Source of the DNA: Octopus sinensis
Lineage: Eukaryota
Length of the DNA stretch: 18,032 nucleotides
Direction: 5' to 3'
NCBI RefSeq assembly: GCF_006345805.1
Contig: NW_021824613.1
Coordinates: 1 to 18,032, forward strand
The notes under the pieces were generated by a model. That model was not told the origin of the DNA, did no database searches, and worked only from the letters and a program-made list of their open reading frames with translations. The first letter of the stretch is position 1, and each line of letters starts with the position of its first letter. Below, one piece after another: positions 9,421 through 18,032 of this stretch. The position numbers were made by a program, and so were the translations under genes.

Positions 9421-9438
9421 GTACTTTCTGTGAAAAAT

Positions 9439-9760
9439 GACCCCGCGAAGAACTGTTGTGACTTTAGAAAAGACCTCCTCATACCGCACGACCTGTCCGC
9501 GAGATTCAAGGAACTTCGACAGCCAGCGCCTTAGACACGGAGAAACCCTACACGTGGCGAGGGAGCTCCGGAGGCCGTCGTGGCACACCGAGTCGAAGGT
9601 TTTTTCAATGTCAAGACTAACTAATATACCACACTCTTTCCGCTGGAGGGCGCACTTCATTTCCGAGGACACCTTTCACAAGCAGTCGCCGCACGAATGG
9701 CCCTCTCTGAAGCCCCATTGGAACTCGGGGAGGGTATCCGCTACTAGAATGATACTTGTG
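9439..9760 (-). mobile_element. I/Jockey-type LINE reverse transcriptase fragment (domains 2a-4)
   Basis: LPEFQWGFREGHSCGDCL*KVSSEMKCALQRKECGILVSLDIEKTFDSVCHDGL...RWLSKFLESRGQVVRY...VLRGV, breaking off inside the GVPQG motif. Confidence 0.8.
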
Positions 9761-9779
9761 TATTACAACATGAGATGGA

Positions 9780-10130
9780 GCCACTGTACTTACTTTCTTA
9801 ATTTTTCTTCAAATAAAGTTTTGGTGAACAAAATAAGCAAAACATTAATCAGAACATGTCTTATATAATTGATACATTTTCAAAGAGAACTGAATCCTAA
9901 TCAAAAACTTGCTTATTAGGTTTCAGTAATTATTTTTTAAAGCAACATCTTTCCACAATTTTTTTTCTATTAAAACAATCAAAAGAAGAAAAAATGGATA
10001 CTTTTAGGCATCTACCTACAATCCAAATTTTAAGTTATCATACAGTTGGACTTTTAATGTCAGATTATTCTACTTTGTAAGGGAATCCCTTTCTTATCTT
10101 GTATGTTCTCCAATGTTTTTCTAAACACGA
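9780..10130 (+). pseudogene. Possible decayed leucine-rich-repeat gene with C-terminal cap
   Basis: YFLNFSSNKV, DTFRHLPTIQIL and TL*GNPFL....VLQCF resemble LxxLxLxxNxI, xFxxLxxLxxL and LxGNPFxCxCxLxW. Multiple stops and frameshifts. Confidence 0.3.
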
Positions 10131-10739
10131 AAAAACTATATATAGACCCTGGTTTTTTTATACTTCAAAAAAATTAAGTAGCTGTTGTAGAATTTAAGCA
10201 AAATCCAGTTTCATGTATGACCCATTAGAGATCATCCTCACATTCCAATCAGAAAATAACAAAATATTTAAATTTATTAGTAAAATCAATTTAATGAATG
10301 TCAATTTTTAATTCCCCGATGTAATAAAATTATTTTCTGTCATTAAATTACTTGAATTAAGTGGGACTGCAAGATTTATAGATTTAATAGAATATCTCTT
10401 ATTTCTAATATATTCACGAAAAAATCTAATCTATATAACATGAGAATTTACATGAATATTGCTGAAATAACAACGAAAATGCTGAAGAATAATTTTAAAA
10501 TGAATATTTTAGTGAAAATCATTAAATGTGAATATTTAATAATAATCAATAAGAATTTATTTGTTGCAACTATGAAACCTAGACGAAAAATCACTTAATA
10601 AAGTTGTTTAAAAGCTAACAAAAGTTTTATTTTTATGAATAATTAAAAAAATAAAAGCCATAATTTAATATCTCTCTAGTTTAGAGATTAAGCAATAATA
10701 ATAATTTTGTTTAATGTCAGAGGAATCGCTAAATCTTGA

Positions 10740-10905
10740 AAAAGAACAGCATTGTGCGAAGATCTGAAAAGATACAAAGTCTCTGTTGGATGTTTACAGG
10801 AGACAAAACTGCATGGGGGATTAGAAGAGGAACTGTCGGGCTATCACTTCATCTCATTCCGAAGTGAATGCAGACACTTTGGCCAAGGATTTGTCCGTGA
10901 GAAGA
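10740..10905 (+). mobile_element. Apurinic-type endonuclease (APE) N-terminus of a LINE, probably RTE-like
   Basis: DLKRYKVSVGCLQETK...YHFISFRSECRHFGQGFV contains the APE LQETK motif and the downstream HxGxGF motif. The rest of ORF 10752..11018 is unrelated. Confidence 0.7.
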
Positions 10906-11359
10906 AACCAACCATTATTAGCCCAGGATCTTTGCCGAGGACAGTGAAAGAGTCGAAAAGGTTTACCACCTTGCACTTTTCTTTCCACCATGAAGCAAGT
11001 CGGTCTTTGCCAGAGTGACGGAAAGCGTCCTGGCGGATAACTACCTTTCTTTTTAGAGAAAGCAAGTCCCTTGTTTGAATGCCATTAGTGTTGCCTCAAT
11101 ATTATCAAAGATGAGCAGCAACCCGGTTTCCATCAGTTTTCATGCTGAAGAGCAAAATATGTGTGCATTTCATACGCTTTCAACTCAACTTCTTCCTGAC
11201 ACTAAAAAGCGGCATGTAACCAACCTAAGAGTTCTTGCCAATCCAGCAAACAACCGGACGAAATCAAGAAACGAAAGAACCGAGTTTGTTTTCTGATTGT
11301 GGTCTACTCTAATAAGACACCAGATGTCTCTTCAACAAAATAATGACACCTTTCACCAC

Positions 11360-11661
11360 TATTTATTTAAGTGGTTAAACAATTTTTCAATAAATCGTAC
11401 AGATACCTCCAACTTTGGGGTTAGTTTAGATTTTAAATTCAAGCCATACCACAATTTAATGGAATATCTCCACGTTTTCTCCGAAAGTTCAACGTGTTTC
11501 CTTCCTTCACAGCTTTTGAACAATCTTTGAAAGCCATAAATCAGGAAAAGCTCTATACAGGCAGAGTATACGTATAGGAACGTTTTCGGTTTCAACCAAA
11601 ATTGTGCAAGACCTTTCAGAATCGCGCTAGCTTTGTTTTTTCTGTTAATTATATGAGCCAT
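11360..11661 (-). mobile_element. LINE RT thumb fragment (I/Jockey/L2-like)
   Basis: HIINRKNKASAILKGL....PKTFLYVYSACIELFLIYG...WRYSIKLWYG matches HIxxxxxKAxxxLxxL...LxxYxAxIxxxLxYG. Confidence 0.6.
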
Positions 11662-11669
11662 GAATCCAC

Positions 11670-11910
11670 AACTAATTTATTGGAAATAGACAAGTTAGTC
11701 TTTTCAGCTTTCCAAGATTTAAACGATGATTCAATTCCATTCAATTCCATTCAATTTCATTGTTAAAAATATTGCGTTAAAAATTGCTGTAAGACTTAAC
11801 TCGAGCTCGTTTAAAGCATCAATTGGGTGGTTGGACCGTTTCAAAAGGAGGCATGAACTATTATTCAAAACTCTTGATGGAGAGGCCATTTTGAAAGTAG
11901 ACTGACGGAT
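11670..11910 (+). mobile_element. pogo/Tigger CENP-B-type HTH fragment
   Basis: EIDKLVFSAFQDLNDDSIP / KNIALKIAVRLNSSSFKASIGWLDRFKRRHELLFKTLDGE. The frame is broken at a (TTCAATTCCA)x3 tandem at ~11729-11760. Confidence 0.85.
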
Positions 11911-12589
11911 GAGCACTTGAATGATTTTATTTTACGACATGTGGAAAATAAACAATTATTCAACCGAGAAGAGGATAAAATGTTGTGATAGAATTGAAAC
12001 TGAGGAAATTAGAATGCTTGACATACTAAATAAACTCGAATATAATATGTACACAAAATTTCCCGAAAATCTTATTTTCCATATAACAAACTCGTCACTA
12101 AATTAAAAGAGGAAAATAAGGAGAAAGGAGAAGAGCTAAACGAAACCAAGAAAACAAAAGAATCGAGAACCGAAATTTACTATTAATTTAAAATGAAATT
12201 AATCTAAAGTAAAGGAAAAGAAAATTTGAGGAACAATTACAATCTAATTTATGATTAGTTTTTAATACAATATTAATGTTGTTTATTTACCTAAAAAAAT
12301 AAAAATCAGATTCCATATTTAAACTATTTGGTAGAAATAAATAAAAATAGTAAAAATAAAAAAATGCTTAGAATAGAATAGTTTTTTTTATTTTTCCAGA
12401 CCAAAACCCAAAAAACAACGAAAGAACATTAATAAGGAGATAAAAAAAAGACAGCGAAATGTGTCTTTCCATGCTAACCACAATTATAATTATTTATATA
12501 ACTTTTCTCCAGGACTATCTGGATCGTGAGCACAGAGGATTCTAGCACGTCTTTTAGCTTCCCGTCAAGTTTTACACCATTAGGCAGCT

Positions 12590-13000
12590 TCAATGCGAAA
12601 AGTCTTGTTTTTTCCAACAGTTCGATAAGGTAGTTACTCTCCTCTGTACCAACCAGCTCTCGTAGCGATATGTGAGTACTGGCTGTAAACACGTAGATGT
12701 ACGTTTCCGGATCCAGATATAACTTGTTAGGCTTTTAAAGATCCTTAAACTTTTTTTTATCTGATTTGCAACTTTGTCGGCGTACGAACCACGACAGTTG
12801 ATAATTAATCCATGATAAAGTAAATTCAAGCTCTTGGAGAGACCACCCATAACATAAAACACGACGCCGCACAACGATTCCCTTTCCGCATCAATGAAAC
12901 GGTGCTCTTCTCAGGTGCTATGGTCGAGCCCTTTTCTGCTGTCCACTTTTTTAGCATGACAATGTATGACTTCAGATATCCATGAACCAGATTTATCAGC
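12590..13000 (-). mobile_element. RTE-like RT/thumb fragment, degraded
   Basis: HADK (decayed YADD-like), KWTAEKGSTIAPEKS, LLYHGLIIN (KYLG-like), QIKKSLRIFKSLTSYIW and LQPVLTYRYESW (PVLLYGxESW). Confidence 0.6.
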
Positions 13001-13204
13001 ATGATGCCCCTTCCAAGTTATACACACCCCGATAGGCAGTTTCCACACGAGCATAAAATTTTTTTCCAGGCATTGATAGATCTGTTAAAATTTTTTACAA
13101 ATAAAATATATAGCAAGAAAATTTAAGTACATTTATATTTTTTTAAATATATTTTTGAAAACTCGTGGTTTTTATGTCAACGTGTGTCAAAATTTGAAAA
13201 TGGA

Positions 13205-13572
13205 ATGAAGACTATGGTCGCGTTTTAACAAGATTTTATATTTTCAGACTTGAAATCAAGGAATTTCTATTTGAAAAAACTCTGAACTACTTGATTGTTT
13301 CAAATCTCCAGATTTTGTTATTTTTGTGGCAAATTTAGCTGACATTTTCAATCACCTTAAAGAGTTAAATCTTTCAATTAAAGGGAAAGGGATAAGCATT
13401 ATTAATCCTTCTGATAATCTAAATTCCTTCAGAAATAAACTTTTGTTATGGACTCTCCGTATTTAAGACAATAATTTGTCCAATTTTCCAACGTTTGATA
13501 AAGTTGCTATTGATTCCGACTTGAATTTTGATAAAACTATTAAAAAAGAAATCAACAATCATCTTGAATTCT
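13205..13572 (+). mobile_element. hAT (Buster/SPIN/Charlie-type) transposase fragment
   Basis: GRVLTRFYIFRLEIKEFLFEK / VANLADIFNHLKELNLSIKGK...SFRNKLLLW...NNLSNFPTF...EINNHLEFL. Confidence 0.85.
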
Positions 13573-13726
13573 TGGTATTTTTTAATTTTGGCCGTCTCAG
13601 CCTTTTCCGCAGCGAACCCGGGGGAAGTGGCAGATGACATGATTGTCGATGGAGAGAAAGAGTCGATGCACGTAGCATCCCAGACGAGGCACTTGCCTTC
13701 CCGAAAAGGAAAGGTTGTCATTCCCT
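13570..13726 (-). mobile_element. CRE-clade RLE endonuclease fragment
   Basis: EGMTTFPFREGKCLVWDATCIDSFSPSTIMSSATSPGFAAEKAETAKIKKY. Confidence 0.85.
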
Positions 13727-14400
13727 CCCTCCTCTGCATGTTATCTAAAGCTCTGGAAAAACTGATACTCAACAAAGTCAAACATTTTTTTTCTGACATG
13801 AATTTCCAAGATAGATGGGAAATCGGCGGCCTCGCATTTTGCCACGCTGACTAACTTTATCTCAAAAGGACTAACGACGAGGAAGAATCTATACAAAAAG
13901 TACAAGTTCGAGCTCGACGTATTTTCCAAATATAGTACCTCAAGGCTTGTCTTTATCACAAGCTCTTCTCAACTTAAACCTATCGGATCTCCCGATGCTA
14001 AAAGGTGAAGATTTAATTGTTCTATCATATGCGGATAATATTTTGATTGTCTTTTGCAACCGAGAATTCGGAACAGCCGAGGTAAAGCTGTAAAATTACC
14101 TCTACTAGTAAACCGCCCAGGAAAGTCGACTCGAAAAGTGGGAGTAAAGATGTGTTTATTGATGTGGAGATACCATTCCAAAAATCTCAAAATATTTTGG
14201 GAGTAACATAGACGCCCATATATCTTTCTCACCGCAAGTGAATAATGTGATCACGAGATGTATGAAGAAACTCAACATACTCAGAATTTTTCTTCGGAAA
14301 TGCAGACAGTAGACGAGTTTACCACTCGCCAAACCGTCTATAAGCAATACATAGAAGCCACAATTAGTTACGCTCGCACAGCTTTAAGAAATACGATTAG
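13727..14400 (+). mobile_element. I-clade-like LINE reverse transcriptase, internally deleted
   Basis: SLLCMLSKALEKLILNKV, ATLTNFISKGL, VPQGLSLSQALLNLNLSDLP...SYADNI, ILGVT.DAHISF...MKKLNILRI and VYKQYIEATISYA (RT domains 2, 4, 5, 7 and thumb). The LD.xKAFD region is absent. Confidence 0.85.
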
Positions 14401-14406
14401 CTACAT

Positions 14407-16370
14407 CAGTGATTCTTAACGGGGACGCTGGAATTTTATTTTTTAAATTATTATAAATATGTATTCGTTTTTGTAAAACATTATCACGTGCTTTTCTATT
14501 AATTCTAAATTCAAATTGTCTTGTTTTTGCTTAAACAGAAAATTTACTGATAATATTAATATTTTTTTGTTAATTGTATTTAATATTTTATAGGTGTCTA
14601 ATAAAAAAATATAACGACGTATATATTCGAGTTAATATCTAAAGTTTGGAGTGATATCCTACGACCATAACAATTCACGTCCTATGTGTCTCCTATATAA
14701 AAAGGTTTTTACAAGTGAAGGAATTGATGCGGATATTAATTATTTTTGTAATTTAAATATAATTATGAAAATCGTTTTATGATTAATCAAATATTTACAG
14801 AAAATTCGAAGATGCTTGAAAAAGGCCAATTAGCATCATACAAAATATCAAAATTGATAGCGTAATCACGAAAACCTTATACTCTTGGAATTCTTGAATA
14901 TTACCAGCTGTCAAAGAAGTGTTAAATTTAATGGTTGATTGTGAATTCTCTTAGATAACGAGATAATTTCATCAATTCCTTTGAGTAATTGTTCAGTCTC
15001 TTCCAGAATTGATGAGAGAATTATCATGTTTGTTATTGAAAAAATACACCTCTATGAAAACACAATTAAGAAAAAAAATTTTATTAATTTTCAAGTCTAC
15101 AAAAATTTGGGCTTATTTTTTGTTATAATGTTTATCAGGTCGAAAAATTAACGGTGATTGTTTTTTTGCATTAAAAGACGATATGAATATAGTTGTCTAT
15201 GCAACTGATGGAGCACCTTCCCTTAATACAGTTATTTCTTTTATTAATCTCATCGAAATGGAAATCACTTCCCAGGACCGCCTGAAGCAGATCAAGAAAT
15301 ACCATAAATACGATTTATTGGTATGGGAGTTGTCCATTCTTTACGACGCTCAAGTGAAAATAATTCCACTGGTTTTGACTTGGGACGAGCTTGTTTCCAA
15401 GTTTTATAAAAACTACGTTAAGAAGTTGGCTGTCGAAGACGCAACTCAGTCTTATATACAGTCAGTTGTGTTAAAGAAAACACTGATTGTTGAGCACAGG
15501 CATGGGATCAGAATCAACGATAAGATAAATTCAGAAAGTAGCCTCTTAATTGAAGCAAGTCATTCGTACGAAGATAATATGGAGAATGAGAGACTTCCTC
15601 CTCTAAAAGGAGGAGATTAACCTCCAGCGGACAACGATCGGATTATTATTATTATTTAAAGACCAAACACGGGCAAAGCCAGTTAATTATAGTTATTCCC
15701 GTGATCGCCGATCCAAACGAGGGAGATCCTTCTGAAAGGTTCAATCCTTCCCGCAAGATCGGCCTGAGACGACGATGTCCCAGGGTCTGAGAAGCTAAGA
15801 GTCCTTTTTCGGTAGGCATTAAGTGCCTCCTGAGCGTTGCCATATCCGGAGGAATTTCCAACTGACATGGTGGACCCCGTAACGCCACGCTAAGCCCGGA
15901 AGGTAAGAGATCCCCATTTCCAACTGTGTCGTGCCAGAAGTACTCGTTGCCTCACGGGCAGGGGAACGATAACGAGAATTTGCCCCAGGATGAAAACTGG
16001 CCTCCTTCGGAATCGAACTCACGACCGTCCAAATCCATTATCCATAGCTTAACATCAATTAAATAATATTAAGTTAATTAATCTATGTATGTTCTATTTT
16101 AATAAACATTAATTTCTTTTATTAACAAACTTAAATTAAACTTGCTAAATTCACGTCTTTTTCTACCAGCTTTGTGTCTATAATGATGAAAATTTTGATC
16201 AACTTTTAATGCATACAGAAGTAAGGTAGCTATCAAAGTGGGACTGTTTGGGACTTACACCCCTCGACATAAATATTGGTGAATCTTCAACTTACTTCAT
16301 TCATACAAAGAATGATTTAATTTTTTCTTCAGATATATTTTAAAATCTGATAAAATTAATAAAAATTAAT
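14407..16370 (+). mobile_element. hAT Buster/SCAND3-type element: 5' terminus, BED-finger region and catalytic core, split by an 864-bp insert
   Basis: Terminus CAGTGATTCTTAAC at 14407-14420 is preceded by AGCTACAT (NNNTANNN). Coding pieces: YSS*YLKFG...PMCLL, LASYKISKLIA*SRKPYTLG.ILPAVKEV, IPLSNCSVSSRIDE, NIVVYATDGAP, SLNTVISFIN. After the insert: NKLK..LNSRLF.QLCVYNDENFDQLLMHTEVR*LSKWDCL and NDLIFSSDIF. No convincing 3' TIR was found. Confidence 0.8.
15248..16111 (+). mobile_element. 5'-truncated R2/R4-like (RLE) retroelement insert with downstream GC-rich segment
   Basis: LIEMEITSQDRLKQIKKYHKYDLLVWELSILYDAQVKIIPLVLTWDELVSKFYKNY...YIQSVVLKKT (same family as 7000-7610). Flanked by the exact 14-bp direct repeat ATTTCTTTTATTAA (15234-15247, 16112-16125), with AATAAA at 16101-16106. 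Confidence 0.75.
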
Positions 16371-16426
16371 TTAATTATTTAAATTTTGAAATTTTGTCTA
16401 AGAAATTTGGAAAAAACAACGACTTT

Positions 16427-16448
16427 CATTGGCATAAAATTTGGTTAT
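16427..16448 (+). repeat. Tc1 left terminal inverted repeat
   Basis: CATTGGCATAAAATTTGGTTAT matches the reverse complement of 17549-17570 (TAGTGACATAAAAATTGGTTAT) at 18/22 positions. Confidence 0.85.
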
Positions 16449-16905
16449 TGTGAGATTAATATGTAGAATAACCTCCTTTTGCCGAATAGATCTCCCAACA
16501 CCTTTTTTTCATTGACTCAACTAATTTTTCAAGTTTTTTGATGGAATAGAATTCCAAATATCTAATAGATTTTCCTTCAGTGCCTGAATGTTCTCATTTT
16601 TTCTTTGCCTAATTTGAACCTTCATATAAGCCCACAAATGCTCTATCGGATTTAAATCCGGAGATTGCGAAGGCCATTCTAATTTTTTAATATTTTTTTC
16701 GCGAAAATATTGAATAATCATTTTTGATGTATGGCAGGGAGCGTTGTCTTGTTGAAAAATATAGTCAACAATCCCCATTTTTGTACAGAAAATGGCAAAT
16801 TATTGGTCAAAATAGATTGATATTTTGCAGAATTAAGCGTTTTGTCTATAAATACCAAATCGCCTACCCCATGATAGGAAAAACAACTCCACACCATGAC
16901 TTTCC

Positions 16906-16932
16906 CTAATTTTTTATTACATCATAATTTAC
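16906..16932 (-). other. 27-nt GT-AG intron-like insert in the Tc1 transposase
   Basis: G|GTAAATTATGATGTAATAAAAAATTAG|GG. Removal gives TVKFEKGKVMVW, the same 12-residue spacing as TVKHGGGSVMVW. The insert contains an in-frame TGA. Confidence 0.7.
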
Positions 16933-17548
16933 CTTTTTCAAATTTGACAGTTGGAGTAATATTTTAGGATTTATTTATTTTAAATTTTTTCTATACACAA
17001 TTTTTCTTTTTTGGGTCGTTAATAATTAAAAAATACATTCATCAGGAAAAATTATTGATCTAAAATAATGGTCTGAAATTTAAAGAAATTTTTTGAATCT
17101 GGAAACCATGTGTTTTTTTGTTAGAAGTGGTTTTTTCTTTGCAATTCTTCCGAAAATTCCATTTTTATTTAAATTTCGTATTATGGTTCGAGACGAGACA
17201 CGTGTTCCAGAAAACTTTTCTATTTCATTAGAGAGTTCAGAAGCAGTTAAAGATGAATTTTCCTCTGATGTGCGTACCAATGATTAATTTGCACATTATT
17301 CAAAATTGATAGTCTTCCAGAACCATGTTGGCGGTCATATGATCCAGTTTTATTGTATTTCTTGATAAAAATTACGACTGTTGAATATGGAACACCGGTT
17401 TCTTTAGAAATTTTAATATATGACATATTTAAGTCGTATAGCGCAATTATTTTCCCTTTCATAAACGAATCGAGAGTATTATATCTAAAAATATTTTTTT
17501 ATTAAGATCAATCTCTAAATACTAGCATAATTTGACGGTTTAAATTTT

Positions 17549-17570
17549 ATAACCAATTTTTATGTCACTA
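17549..17570 (-). repeat. Tc1 right terminal inverted repeat
   Basis: ATAACCAATTTTTATGTCACTA, inverted partner of 16427-16448, ending in TA. Confidence 0.85.
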
Positions 17571-17729
17571 ACCTAATTGCCGACATGCTTTAAATTTCTT
17601 GCAATATTAATCTTTAAATCTATTTTAATTATAAATACAAAATAAATATTATTTTAGAAGATCTAAAGGATCTTAAAGTATGAATTTATTCGTTTTTAAA
17701 TGAAAAAAAAGCAGGAAAGATTAAATAAC

Positions 17730-17800
17730 CAAATTTTTTGTCAAGGGGTGTATATTCTCTCTCTTCGACACTGTGGTTGAATTCCTCGAAGACCCAAAGG
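17730..17800 (+). mobile_element. Short hAT (SCAND3-type) fragment
   Basis: FLSRG / FSLFDTVVEFLED resembles WLSKG...RFxxLFxxVxEFxE. Confidence 0.45.
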
Positions 17801-17819
17801 AAGGCTGCCATCCTTGCTG

Positions 17820-18032
17820 TTGAAAAAGCGCGTGGTATACACCTAGGGACCATAAAATGATACGTGTCGACTAAGTATGGTCTGAATGCTACACAGATTA
17901 ATGTGAAGGAGTTGATTAAACTTCAGAGGGAATCCCTAATAAAAAAGATCAAGCTAAAAGTTTTTTAGAAGACTCTCTTTAGCAGTCTGAACAACCCGCA
18001 CATCGTCGTCATCAACGTGGCGGAAATATGGG
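17820..18032 (+). mobile_element. R2/R4-like retroelement post-RT fragment, runs off the window edge
   Basis: HLGTIK*YVSTKYGL...KELIKLQRESLIKKIKLK..KTLFSSLNNPHIV....IW resembles the segment upstream of the WL..GN motif in the RLE family seen at 7000-7610 and 15248. Confidence 0.55.

Larger units (their letters stand above)
16427..17570 (-). mobile_element. Tc1-family DNA transposon (DD34E), essentially full length, 1144 bp, disrupted ORF
   Basis: Paired-type HTH (KGKIIALY...GVPYSTV...GSGR), TASEL...VSSRTIIRNL...KKPLL, IIFPDE (D1 at 17041-17043), PTVK..VMVWSCF, FQQDNAPCH-(34 aa)-DLNPIEHLW and the C-terminal LVESMKKRC....KGGYSTY*. Several 1-nt frameshifts and TAA stops. Confidence 0.95.

Noticed and set aside
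9437-9868. 143-aa plus-strand ORF
   Set aside because: Mostly antisense to the I/Jockey-type RT fragment. Only its last ~30 codons fall in the weak LRR-like region.
10905-11355. RNase H domain following the LINE thumb (TDGNRVAAH, DNIEATLMAF on minus strand)
   Set aside because: Resemblance is limited to two short strings in different frames, which is not enough to call.
16005-16045. tRNA gene (GTTCGATTCC and A-box-like string on minus strand)
   Set aside because: The boxes are too close for a tRNA and no cloverleaf can be folded.
1-18032. Reassignment of TAA/TAG to Gln (ciliate-type code), suggested by many in-frame TAA/TAG and by tiny introns
   Set aside because: Conserved Gln positions use CAA (e.g. 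Tc1 FQQDN), the Tc1 ORF ends at TAA right after its canonical terminal Tyr, TAG/TAA appear at conserved Trp positions, and TGA stops and frameshifts also occur. Decay in AT-rich DNA explains the pattern. It is not fully excluded: aligning conserved host genes to orthologues would settle it.
1-18032. CRISPR array, prokaryotic operon or defence system; uni-directional piRNA-cluster-like locus
   Set aside because: There are no regularly spaced repeats or prokaryotic gene architecture. TE fragments overall lie on both strands, and only the CRE pieces are biased.

Overview
An AT-rich eukaryotic window (no rRNA, tRNA, CRISPR or operon signal). Most of it is a mosaic of decayed transposon pieces: CRE-clade, RTE-like, I/Jockey-like and R2/R4-like (RLE) non-LTR retrotransposons, plus hAT (Buster/SCAND3-type), pogo/Tigger and one near-complete Tc1 (DD34E) with terminal inverted repeats (TIRs). 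Most ORF-track entries are fragments or antisense shadows of these. The main non-TE feature is missed by the ORF track: a ~600-bp direct repeat (1807-2400 / 5607-6227) carrying two paralogues of a small minus-strand gene split by four miniature GT-AG introns (24, 28, 32, 29 nt). The reconstructed product has a signal-peptide-like N-terminus, a variable Thr-rich stalk and possibly a hydrophobic tail. The Tc1 transposase also carries a 27-nt GT-AG insert whose removal restores the conserved motif spacing. The host therefore seems to use tiny spliceosomal introns, but its identity cannot be fixed from this window. All family calls come from manual translation and motif recognition, not database searches, and most TE boundaries are approximate.
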